Origin: Phallusia mammillata
Lineage: Eukaryota
Assembly: GCA_965637545.1 (NCBI GenBank)
Contig: OZ281501.1
Span: 8,370,001 to 8,434,000 of the forward strand
Reading direction: 5' to 3'
Length of the DNA stretch: 64,000 nucleotides
Part shown: positions 36,426 to 49,103 of the stretch, one piece after another
How positions within the stretch are numbered: the stretch's first letter is position 1
Layout of the letters: each line of letters starts with the position of its first letter
Notes under the pieces: generated by a model
The model's database searches: none
The model's input: the letters and a program-made list of their open reading frames with translations, nothing else
Told to the model about the DNA's origin: nothing
Program-made: the position numbers and the translations under genes

Positions 36426-39400
36426 TTGTAGCCTACAATAGTATGATGGTTCCCGACCTGGATAGGTTTTTGTCCGTGTTTTTACCGCGACAATTTTTAT
36501 GATTTTATTATCAACGTTTGACAAACTTATATTTTACTACACTGGCAATCAGATGCGTCAAACAAATTGTAGATGTTTTTGTTTTGTTACAATTTGCAGT
36601 GCCCAATACCATTAATGGACCCATATCGGTTGAACAACATAAAATAATAGCAAAAGCGTTGGCTTATATTTTTTTCGTTATCGTTAGTTCTCCTTGATTC
36701 ATGGTTGCTCTAGTTAGGCGTGCTAAATTAGTCATGCCCAGTATATTTGACGCTTTTACTTATATATTTTAAAATTTTTGTTCTAAATTCTTCTAAACAC
36801 AAGCCTACCAAATTACGTCGAAACCGTCGTTAAAATGGCGGATTCGGTATGTCGCACATTCGGTACGACCCGATTTTTTCACGATATTTCCAAAAAAATT
36901 CTTCGCCTGGCTATAGCCTATAAGACAAACAGCAATCGTGTATCGGCGCTATGTACCATTACGCCAACAGCATCTTAAAACAACGCCACTAAATCAAGGT
37001 TAAGAAAATGATTTCTAACGTATTTATAACTGCGCCAGTTTTGTTGATTATGTTTTCAAGTACTTTTGTATTTGAAATCCTGGTTCAGCGGTTGTATTTT
37101 ATTAATTAACCATACGATCTACATAAGTATCGCAGAACTTATTCCCGTGGTTTAAGAAAACGTTTAGTCAATGTAAATATACAAGATATGTTCGTTTTTA
37201 CCAATTTTTAGTAATTGCCAGATCGTCATGCTAAATTTTGCTATTCTCGTCAAAATGCTATTCTCGGTTATAGATTTCCTCGAATCAAATCGACGGTGGG
37301 CGAAAAATTGAGCAGTAGGACAAAGTTACGTCATCATCGGGTCAGAAGAAAAGTGAGACCAACCCAAGATGAGCCATGTCACACAAACAAACGTGACCGA
37401 ATTCAAAGCGAAGGTTAAATTATGCTATTCTGCACTATACCTCACTGGTCGAACTTTGCTGTGCGTGTGGTCGTCTATGTCATGGGCAAAGGCCTGTACG
37501 CGGTACGTTTTGGGTACTCTTGTACACAATGGTCACCCACACACATGTGCTGCTGTCCAACAAGGCTGACATCCCTCTTATGGCGATTATCGTGACTTTG
37601 CTACGCTACCGTTGTGTGTGTCCAGACATGACTCCTGTTGTAAAACAAGAGATCAAGGTTACAACGTGTCTTTGTGGTAGCAGCAGGGGTATAGGAGAAG
37701 CGTTGTTAATAGAAACTAGAATATACTTGATAAAAACCGGTTTTGTCTTGTCTAATAAAACCATGCTGCGTTTTATTATATTCGTTTCCTGAGTCAGGCT
37801 TTTAAAAGGGAAAATGTCCCAAAAATTTATTGTTGTCTCCTACTACACAAGTATATCTAAAATATTACAATTCAACAAACGATTCTGTATTTTTTTTATG
37901 AATGGTATTATTTTATTGCCTAAACGACAGATTAAATGCTTGCGCGCGGTAATCGCAAATTTGTTGCTTCTGTCGTCACATCTTGCTCTCTACCGTGCGT
38001 TTCTTTTGCCAAAGTCTCACTCAAATGTAGCGTAAACCGAAGAAAAATAAAGTATAAGTCCACACAATTTAAACAATGTTAAAGTAGCGCAAAATAGCAG
38101 AAAGTCTTATTACAACAAGTCAACTATCAAACCACGTATTAAATAAAAACAAAATAAATGCACTTTACCCATGCAAAAAATGGCAGATCATTCAATAAAT
38201 TTTAATTCTTTGGATTATCAAACTGATTCACGGAGTTCTTAACCAGTTTTGTTTTTTCATAATCGTTATTGATTGAAAACGTATATGTTTTTGTCCAATC
38301 ATCAAGGGAATACTCGTCGGTGTGAACGTGTTTACCAGGAAGCGGTCTGACCGGTTTCGTTTTCTAATCTGATTATCTTTCTACTGTTAGGCTTAAAATT
38401 CAGTTCAAAAGAAATTAAAATGTATTATGTTTTAAGTTGTAAATATGGTCATAGATGTTTTTTTACTAACTGAGTAATTCATTTGATTAAAACTTGGGTG
38501 GTCTTCTGCAACAATGAATTATCGTGAGGTTTCACGCTAATTGTCGATCGCTTTTTTGTCTGTAGCGAAATACTGTCAAACAGCTGCCCATGCAGCAAAT
38601 AAGACAGCCGTTGGTTAAAGTTGCACTGATTAATTTTACTGTGCTACATGTTTGACCTTCATCGTTCAAACCGATTATGATTTTATTAAGACAAATTTAG
38701 GTATTAACAGTCTGATGGTATAGCACGGTGTGGTAAAATACCCGAAATTAGGACCAGAGACCCGACCGAACCCGATTTGATCGAAACTTGAGACAATGCA
38801 AAAAATCAAACTTAAGGCCAAAACTGTACCCTACCCAGAGCCGAAAAGCCCCGCCCGATTTACAAGTATGATATAGTCGAACCATAAAATGGCGCAGCAT
38901 CAATCACATGAATTACTTTAGTCAGATAAATATTTTTGGATGATTTGGATTGAAACAATTTGCCTGTGAAATCAAAATAAATTACAGAATATTTTTTAGG
39001 GTTTCTGAAACTGAAACAAAGTTTCCAAGGAACCATCCTTACAGATAAGGTGTTTGCGTTACCTACCGATCTTCTTGGAATTCAGCCTGTTTTAACCCTT
39101 AGTCAGTTCGCGGGAAAACCGATCGCTTGTCTCCGGTAACCTTCGATGCAACCCGATTCTCCCTAAGAAACACAAAACCTAAACATCCAACACCTGACAA
39201 CAGATCAAAAGCTAAAGGTTTTGCTATGTCTAACCACGGCCATTAGCAAAGAGCAAAACAGCAACGGCTCGTGCCGGGCGAGTTGTTTTAGGGCTCAACC
39301 TGTTAACACCGTAATTGCATGCCGAAAAACTTGTTTTGTTTAACGAGCATTAACGCGAATAGACGTGGTTCCGACTCATTGAAACTCACCTAATCTTGCG

Positions 39401-42400
39401 GAGACAGAGTCGGCCAAGGTGTAGCAGACAACCAATGAAATCAATAGAGCCTTGTTTAGAACTGCCCGCAATATATCGCATTGAAAAAACAGCAACATAC
39501 CGCGTTTTATATTTGGCGGAAAATGACGAAACTTTTGTGGATTTTAGGGTGAGAAAAAGACCCGCAATGTGTTCGGAGATATGCACTTGACATTCTTGTT
39601 GTTTATAGTTCACACTGCCTTTTTTGTAGTATTGAGACAAAAGACAATGAATTGTTAAGATGCTAAAGCCTACATACAACTTCAATATAAATGTGAAAAA
39701 AATTGCTACTCAGGAGGTGCTTAAATACAATTACAATCAACACATAAAATTTATAATTATAAAAAATGTATAAACCACTTATTTATTTTGTTCTTTTCTT
39801 TGTTCAAAAATTTGCAAGCATAATTTGGAGGTTAAGATAATTAGGTATAAGTATAGTTAAACTAAATAAAATTATTTTTAGATTGAGACTTTGTGTTGAT
39901 TTTCAGGAGTTTAGGAGCTCGAGCTGTTCTTTCGGATAATAAATGATTACCAGCGCATTTCGGGTTTCTTCGGCTATTTTCAGCACTTGCCTTGGCTCCG
40001 TGATTTACAAACAGTAAACCATTAGCCAGATCCTAAGACAAACAGCAACTCCCTAACACAACACATGACGTCACGAAATTGTTTACGCGTGAGTTTGTCT
40101 GACAAATTACCTGAGCTGGGTTAAAGTATTTCATCCAAAGCTCCAAGGATTTATAGAAAGGTAAGACGAATCGTCAGAAGTTCCATAACGATTACGAACG
40201 AAGCACGTTTTTTCCAGAGGCGACCGATGGACCATAAAAATCGTGTAACATGATTATTGATGACATTAGAGCTACAAAAATAGTGAAAAGGCAAGCATAT
40301 GCACGACTTATAATACACCCAATCCCAAACTAACACGACATTGTAAGGCTAAGTTGATGTTTACCATGCTGGATGAGATCTGACCTTCTTATTCCAGCAA
40401 TAAATGCACTTGACCGAAAAGATGCGTCTATTATAGTGACGCAGGTGATTTCAAGCGAATTTTTAGCTACGAAAACAGGCCAGAAATACGTAAAAACATA
40501 TCGATGATCCCCTGTCTGCCCCGGACACTATTTGCGTAGAATGCGTTCCCAAAAAAGCCCCCGACGTATAGGGAACCGCATTGTTGCCCTATAAACAGCC
40601 GACTAAAGGCGTCATGTTCCAGGCGCCATCTTATTAGCCCTAATGGCCCACGAAGTGATGGCATGTCCCACCATACACGAACATCAAAGCTTCTGACCTG
40701 CTTTGACTCGTGGTTGTTAGGACACAAACGGTCGGAGAAGACCACCGTCTCCGGGTGTTGGTTTGTATAATTTTGCGAATTTTTTTAGGAATTTTCTCTA
40801 TTTTAGTATATGGTAATATGCTGTGAGGGTTTTAAGCAGTCACGCTATGCCTTGACCGAAGAGGTAAGGGAACTTTCCACTTGAAACCTTGACGCAAGTT
40901 GCAGTTTTGTGTTACAAGTTTAAAGCGGCTATTGAGCAAATTATGTCCCAAAGAAAGTGCCAAAGTCGCGTTAAGAGGCTAAACCAAATATTCGGTGTTG
41001 GGTTTCAATGGGAAAAAACATTTTTGAAACACGAATCTCGAAAACGCACAAGTGTGTGGATTAATGTTGGCAGCACAAATATCCAAATTTTCTTTCAAGA
41101 CTGAATAGTACTGTTCTTCATGTTTTTTTTTCTTGGGTACTAAAAACAGTTGGCGCCTTTTCTCAAAACAGCTTCAAAATAACACCATTTGGAGTTCGAA
41201 CGCCTACTTGTCAGTGAAAAAGCCATTTGTATTAAATTTCCGGAATTTGACCAAAACGTTATATTTTCGCAACAAAACGTTTCCGTTCGCCAAGTCGTTA
41301 AAAATGTTCAGCAGTGAATCATAATCTGTGTATCTCACAAAAAAAACACACAACAAAAAATCAAAATATCAACTTGCTTTTAACAGACGCACAGTTTAGG
41401 AAGTTGACTCACCGGAAGTAGCTTGTGGATAAACATTGTAAAATAGATTTAACGTATAGCTACACAATATGTGATGAATTAGATCAGGTTTAAAGAAACG
41501 CATCTTGACATTCTAAAGGCTTTTGATTGGGCCAAATGACATATAGGCGAAAAACATTTTAAAGGGAGGTTTGGCATCAGTAGCTGAATTTTATTAGGTG
41601 TGGAAGCATATTTAAACCAATTTAAAATTTACATTGGAAATTCGCATTCTACTTGAAGTTTTAAGCCAGTCATTGTGGTCAAGCTCTAATTGTTATCCAG
41701 AAGACCGGCGTGCCGAAGCCTTGCGTGAGAGTGCCCTCTTAAAGACTGGGCATCTTTGCCCGATCAACGAAAAACATCCTGCCAAATTCGTGACAGTCGC
41801 CAGAGATATAGTCAAGGCGGTTGGCATTAAGCATACCTGGACCCTGCCATTTTCAGTCACATGTCGTACGTTTACTGTTGACTTATGCGGCGATTTCTAC
41901 GACATCTCTATGTGAATCTAATCCCACGCAAGATAGAATCACTTAATCCGGCGCTTGCGGGTATAAAGATTTTTACAATATCCGCTACGTACTAGTTTTC
42001 GCAGAGGCGTCAAAAAAGTATGACAAAACGTCACATCACGAACAGAAAATGTGCTGAACTGTCGATAACGCCATTTGATCAACTGGATAGAATAATGCAG
42101 ATAGCAATACGTTCCTCTTGCCAGCTGGGGTTGCGGTAAAAGTCAGCAAAACCAGTTGATAATAATTTGATTTTCCGGTTGTGTTAAAATCAGATGGCAA
42201 TATCACCCAATATGGCGTTGCTTCGTGCAGACATGTGCCGTTCTCATTTCAACAAAATATTATGGATCATTCTCAAAAAAAATTACGAGAAACATTTTTA
42301 GGTGTTGTGTAAAGTCAAATATTTATTTTTCCATAATTTACAAAAATTATTAGAATTTTCCTCTGATAAGGTGTGGCTCCAATTTTAGCACTGGTAGTCA

Positions 42401-45400
42401 GTAACGCTTACGTGCACATAGCGGTAATTGTCACAAAAACAAGTGGATCACATTGAAAACAACTTCAAGACACAAGCTGCCGATACTATGATGGCTGTGT
42501 CTTTAAAAAAACACAAAACTGTAACTTACCATTTAAAGTGCACATAAATTTGTACATTTTAAATACGAAGGAATTTGTCCTCTTTTAAACTTTCATGTAA
42601 AAACGATGACTTGTTATGCCTGACAGGCGAAGTTTAATAATAAATTTCTAAAACGCACGAGTAATTTTTCGTTTTGTAAATATCACTTCCCCACTAGGCC
42701 TAAACTGAGGTTGATGACCCTGAAGAATGAAGCAATGTTTGGTGGGTAAACAAACCCTATACTGGCAGATTATAGGGAAATAAACTTTACCCAGTTGCGA
42801 TAAACAGCAAAATGTCCTGACCGTGGGTGCCCGAAATCACGCTATCGCCCCACAATTATAGCTGGGTTGTTTGACAACTGGGTAAAAGCAGTGGGGTAAT
42901 TGGTGGGAGGGGCCGATTTCTATGAGGTGGGACATAAATTGCCCCAAAGCCGATTGGGACCCAGCCTAAGCAATTTTATAACGACCTGGAAATTTGCCCA
43001 CGTTTTGACCCAACTGCGATCTAAATAGACTTGGGGTTAAGCCTTGGGAAGTTGGATGTCCGGCCAAATGTGAAAAAAATGTATCAATTTCAGGCCCATT
43101 TTAAGGGTTTTCACGCTATTTTAGGGGGAAATTCAACAACAAATATCACATAAGAACGGACAAATGTCAGTACGTGACGAACTTTACATTAACGCAATTA
43201 CGGTCAACCAGTAATGAAAACTATTAATAATCCATAACCGGAAGAGTTTATTCACCAACAAATATTCGTGCATATATTTTTCAAATATCTGTTTCCATTT
43301 TTGTTTCCAAATGACCCACATATATGCTGTCAAAACGACCTATTTTGCATCATCACCTGTTATTGTAAGTCATATATCTCACTGAAGAACTTCACAACGT
43401 AAAATATAAGGTCGAATATTGAACGATTCGCTCACACCTGGATATGGTGGGTAATCGAATCTCCACGATGTTGCCACTGTGACGCCATCACGACGTCACA
43501 ATCCTGCTACTCGGATTAGAACTGGGCGGAATTGTGAGGGTGTGCGCCCGAGTCACACAGGATATCGGATTCTCACTTTCGCCACTTTCTCTGGTCGTGT
43601 GTTTGCGTCCCACAAATTATGGGCGCCGTAATTGACAAATTGCACCCCCTCCCCTCTGTTCACGTGACCCTAGGAGTGCTGCGGAATTGTTTTGCACCGT
43701 TTTTTTGCGGCTCAAGAATTCCAACTACGCTTGATACTGCGGCCTGAACTGAAACCCACCGATAACAGGCCTCGCGTGAGCAGCTTTCAATTTAAGGCAA
43801 GTAAATTGTGATTGATGGATCGAACAGGCGCGAAAACTTCACCCACGGGCCCCTAACTGCCGAAAATTAAACACCAATCGATTACTATGTTGCGAAATTC
43901 GAAACTGTCGGAAAGTACATGAACAAACATAACGTTTACTGCAAACCTTAATTTGGTGCGAGAACCCTTAATTTATTGCCTTAAAATCGTATTTGTTTTT
44001 CGTGTTTGACATAATACGCTCGTCTCTTGAATCAACTTTCACCCATGAATCACCCTGTCCATATGTGGATGTGGACACACGCACCCTTTTGGCTCGTGTG
44101 AGCTGCCTGTTTCCAGTTGTCATCCGCTGATGACACACGACGGTGCTTGAAGACCACTTAACCAACCACGAATGCCAGGAATTCCGCGTACCCCGCAAAA
44201 AAAAACGTTTTTAGCACTGACGGTTTCTTCAAGTGGTTTTCCCTTTTCGCAAATAACTGGACTAGATTTTCTCCGCACACTTTTTCATTGATTTTCGTGT
44301 GAGATTTTACGTCGTATGAGACATCATGCAATAAACTTGCGTCATTCATAAAATTTGATGCCATGTGTTCAGTGACGTTTAAATTAAGGGGGTGTGGTGC
44401 GTGGGTAGAGGGGGCGTGGTTAAACCAAGTGCTGGACTGAAACAGACCAATGAACTGGTAAAATAAACTTCAAAGAGTAATAAACTCTCCTTGCAATTAA
44501 AATGTCTCTGGTTTGTTAAATTAATGTCATACCGGCAGACTGCAAATATCAGCACCTTTAATAACTTATGATTCATCGCTATTTTATTCAATTGCATTGA
44601 TTTCTCTTTTAAGGATGTCTGTCAACCCGTTTGTCAGCTGTCGCAGATTTCAAATGCCCCTCCAGAGACGGATAATCCCGTTTTGATCCTGTCATAAAAG
44701 GTGTCAGAAACCCAACTTTTACCAGATTTACGAGATCAAGTATCGCAAAATAATAAACTTGGTCGCTTACAGGAGACCTGCAATCCTGGCTGGGAAAATA
44801 CCACAATGTTTAAAGAGGCATCACTTCAGACAAAAGCCCTGATACCAGTTATTGGCTCATCGGGGTCAATGCGACCCAGGTGGTCCCGAAGGGAGGAATT
44901 TTTGTCGCGAAGTGGCTTGACGTTATTAAGCAGCTGGGGTAATAGGTTATCAAGAGCAAATATTGTCACCGTAAGCGAAAAACTATTCGCTTTATGATAG
45001 TTGATATTATAATTCGGGCGATGCGTTGATAAGCTCAAGAGCTGAGTTATTTCGGGAGTTCGAATCAGTGTCTATGGCTTTTAATCCTTGTGATTTTGGT
45101 CCAAAATAATTTGTCAACCAATTTGCGTTGTAGTCGTATACCGTTACACACAACGAAGTAAAAAATATAATAAAAAGGTTGCGCTAAATGTATTTCGATA
45201 CATCAGTTACCCCTTTGTGGTGTCACCGTTAATTTCAAGACATAATTGTCTGTTTTTTTATATGGCGGTCTCTAGACTTTAATGACAAATCTTAACAACC
45301 GAATTTAAATTTCGGGTTTGCAATATAATGGGTTCTTAAATGTGTAATTTCCTTTGGCGGAGAAACAAAGATGCCACGTAGAAAGCCGCAAGCGTATTTA

Positions 45401-46005
45401 ACCTAGCATTTTTATAATTAGATGAAGGAAGTTTAATTTGAAACAAATGCTAGTTCCACATTTAAATATTACAGAATTCAATACTACAAGGAAATAAACT
45501 AAAAAATATGGAATTGCTTCTCAAAAATGTATGTCCTTGCTGGGCACTAAACAAACGCTGTTTTGTCAAGATGTTGACCTTTTGAAGACCGACGGGGAGA
45601 CTTGAAAAAAACGTGTGCGTTTTAAGTGGGGTAGCTGATAAAATTGGAAAACACAACCAGGTGACATTGTCGCTTTTCGCCGAAAGACGCTACCACAAGT
45701 GGCGGTCGATCATTGCATGTCATGTTCCTTGGCTGCCAACAAGCCACACCAAAGCCGTGGCCAAAAGCGAATGCACTTACACAGCACAACGTCACATGTA
45801 GAAAACCCGACATATTCTGTTGCTGGACATGCTGCTTTGCGCGTGTCGCACCCGAAAACAATAATAACATTGATGACAGGCGGCTAGGTGTGCGCCCACA
45901 ATGCTAGGTTCCAAGCGGCCGACGACCCGATGTGATCTAATACGACGCGAATAGTCGTTTTACGTAAGAAGGCCCCGCGTCTGCGCCCATTAGAGCTCGT
46001 CGGGC

Positions 46006-46013
46006 TATTTAAG
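46006..46013 (+). promoter_or_regulatory. TATA-like box of the MSMP-like gene
   Basis: TATTTAAG in a GC-rich context about 90 nt upstream of the ATG. Confidence 0.45.
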
Positions 46014-46097
46014 GCCGCGCACAACCGAAATTTATGTATTCCCAGTCTGCATTCGTGGAGTGTTGAGGTCAATCAAAAAGTGAGGTTACCGCGAAAC

Positions 46098-47902
46098 ATG
46101 GCCATGACCCATACGATCTTATGTTCTGCTCTAGCTTGTGCTGTCACTTTGCTTCTAATGGCTGCAGGTTCAGATGCAAAGTGGAAGGGAAAACTGAAAC
46201 ACGATTATAGCGTAGCAAAAGTTGCCAAGAAGTTGAATTGTCATCTCAACACAAGACGTAAGTTACATTTTGATTTTTCTATAAACGCGTTACAAGTAAA
46301 TTTTAATAAAATACCGAAAAAATGTGTCATTTTTTACAAACAATTCACACTTCGTATATTTTTGTTACTCTGTTGCAAAACAATATAAATTTAAAACATA
46401 CTTTTCCGCTATTTTGACGATGTCCTATATGAAGATAACATGACAAGTAATTTGTTGAGTTAACATTGCGAGAAGATATGTACATTGATTAAAACCAACA
46501 ATACAAAAAAAACACATTCCTAATCTTCAAACTCCTACCGTCGATGCATGTAACTTTTGTGAGATGTTAATTTAGTTTATTTCATTAGTGACAATAAGCG
46601 CCTAATCTAAAAAAAGCAGACAATTTATTTGCGTTTAGTCTGGTTTTCCGTCGTATAAGTAGCTTTTGTGACCGAAATAAGATTGACATGGCGACAGACA
46701 GGTTAACCACGGACAAACATGGCAATGAACTTTGTCTACCGATTTTACCCGGCGCCCAAGATTACCTCATTTTAAGAACCTAATGTCAACATAAATTTGG
46801 CAACACGTAGCCCCACCCTCGTCTAATACTCGCTTAGTGACTTCATGATTGACATGTAGCGACAAGTAGACACTGTAGGGAATGCCTTAAACCTCAAGGT
46901 GAAGTCGGTGTTATTACGTAATGCGCACATGCAAGTATTGCGTGGTATGCGTCAGTTGAGTGTCGGCATTTTATACCAGGTTTGACGGCACTAAGTATAT
47001 TTTCAAACAAGCAGATTAGCGGTTTAAAATCGGTGTAAGACGGTCGAAAGCGTTGTCGCAAACCGGGCGTAGGCCACGGGCGTGGGAGCTATCAGTTGAT
47101 CAGTCGTTTCTAGAATAACGCCCGACATTGTGCTTAGGTTTATGGTAAATAGGAGCGCCCCTGTAACTTGTTAAACTATTGCAGATCAGACTAATACCAA
47201 ATGAGAGTACCAAGTTGAAGCAATGAATTTTTGTTTTCTAAAATTCGTTTCAACTTACCAAAATTTGTCCATGCAAAAATAAAGTTTAATTGATGAAAAT
47301 GCTTGTTTTGCATTTCAAAAGTCCTAAACAAACAATTGCTTTTTTAGCGCAAAACATTGTTCAACTCCAAGATGGAAGCCAAATCTGTCAGTACCGGGGA
47401 AAATGGCACGACGTCGCCGCCAGCTGGTTTGACACGAGTCGATGTCTTCAATGTCGATGTCTGGCACCGTTGGGAATTGGCTGTTGCCAAATGTAAGTTT
47501 TTTAACTGCTAAAATCAACGGGAAACTAAATATGCAGGATACAATTTTCATCATAAAATGTTGTCTTCACTACTGATTTAGCAGAAATCTTGGCATTATA
47601 TACAGAAACTTTATTTATAAAAAGAGATCATTTAAAACCCTACTTTATCTATGTGTTTGTTTATTAACAGACTTCTGCAGCCAGTAAACATACCCAAGCG
47701 GTGTGAGGTGGACCCACATCCCAGATGGAGCAAATTACCCAGACTCGCTTCGTGTATGGCACCAATAGTAAGCGTGAAATCACGAAAAAAGGCATGCAAG
47801 AACAAACGACTGAGAGAAGCACTGCTTAGAACTCGGTGGACATCAATACGTGGACAACCTGACTTTCTTCGTGCTGTTCACAGAGCTGATAGCAATCCCT
47901 GA
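46098..47902 (+). CDS. MSMP: Secreted beta-microseminoprotein family protein (MSMP/PSMP-like), 3 exons, 178 aa
   Basis: Exons 46098-46257, 47348-47492, 47671-47902 (phases 1 and 2; 537 nt). Signal peptide and 10 Cys. CQYRGKWHDVAASWFDTSRCLQCRCLAPLGIGCCQILLQPVNIPKRCEV aligns with recalled human MSMP [48 protein letters not shown]. Confidence 0.85.
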
Positions 47903-48898
47903 TCTTGGGGCGATATGAAATCTTGTTGTTTATGATTTAGGACTTTAAAGTTCTTCGGCCAAGTGGTAAACATTCCTTGGGTTGGTCGAGACCAAAAACA
48001 AACGAACACAGACAAAAGCTTCAAGCGCCATGGCTATCGTTACAAAGGTCCTTCGTTTTGTACTCATTTTTTTGCGATTCTTTAATGTTTTATGTTTAAG
48101 AATTTTGAAATGCATGCTTTTTTAAGGCCTAATTATTGCTAAACAATTTAGAAGTTATAAAAGCAATGACCCAATACAATTAGCATGTTACTCCCAACAT
48201 ACTGGGTTATGGTTCTGCTAGCTCATACCGCCAATATCTTGTCACCAGCTGCACTGATGGGACCTTTCAGGTCGATACATTGTGCACTGTCAGTTGCAAA
48301 ATTTTGAAATCCTTGAAACCAATGCAAAAGATAAAAAATGCTTTTACATTGTTCTAAATGCTTTTACATTGTTTTCTGTATTATTATTTATTATTTATTT
48401 ATTGCGGGTTTGCATTTGTTACCTTTTTACGCGGCCACTGAGTTATGCAAACTAACCAAACTAAACTAACATTCAAACGACAGTTCATGACATTCGAACT
48501 ACACACGTTTCTGTTCAACAAAAAATGGTTTGAACACCATTTTAATGCTGTGTAAACACTGTGAATTTCTTGCAAATCATATTTACATTTGTAGTGTAGA
48601 CGCTTGCTGTTGCTTTTTAAGCTCGTGTTTTCTTTAATAAAATCGCAAAGCCTTCCCGAACAAACTGCTTTCATAAAACTGGAAAAAAGTTTGTTCAAAA
48701 ACAAGATGGAGAAAAAAGAAGAGTATATTGAGTTTCCAATTAAACTATGTAACAAATAATGTGTCATATAATTAACATAACAAATGTTACAAGAAAGTTT
48801 AGTACTGAAAACAAAGGAAATCTTTTTTTTAAATAAGCAGCTGCACGCCTGCAGCGCATTGGATAAAAAGCAGTTAGGGAAAACACCAGAGTGACATC

Positions 48899-48912
48899 GT
48901 TGTTATGACAAC
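48899..48912. promoter_or_regulatory. RFX X-box upstream of CCDC180
   Basis: GTTGTTATGACAAC fits the 14-bp near-palindromic X-box consensus and lies about 190 nt before the ATG of a motile-cilia gene. A forkhead-type GTAAACA occurs near 48552. Confidence 0.65.
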
Positions 48913-49103
48913 AGTTTAGCTTTGGCTGGCTTTATATTTTAAATGTACTTTCGAGGTAAATTTGCAGTTTTATATTTGGTTTATCCTCTAGGTTTGTTAA
49001 ATTGCTTTATGAGTCACTGTTACTTTATTCGACAGGTTTTTGTGAACAATAATGTAGATATACTCGCACAGTCGCACTGACATTTTAAAACCACAGGTAA
49101 AAC

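Noticed and set aside
37215-37792. Overlapping plus-strand ORFs suggesting a small gene
   Set aside because: No consistent donor/acceptor chain and no recognisable protein.
39386-39685. 99-aa ORF with a signal-peptide-like start
   Set aside because: It starts at TTG, not ATG, and has no homology I recognise. It is better explained as promoter plus UTR exon.
42685-43052. Weak outer and inner inverted repeats (possible MITE)
   Set aside because: The matches are short and imperfect, with different centres and no TSD.
44609-45038. GC-rich block with ORFs in several frames, considered as a retroelement or transposase fragment
   Set aside because: The ORFs are not co-linear and I see no RT, integrase or DDE motifs.
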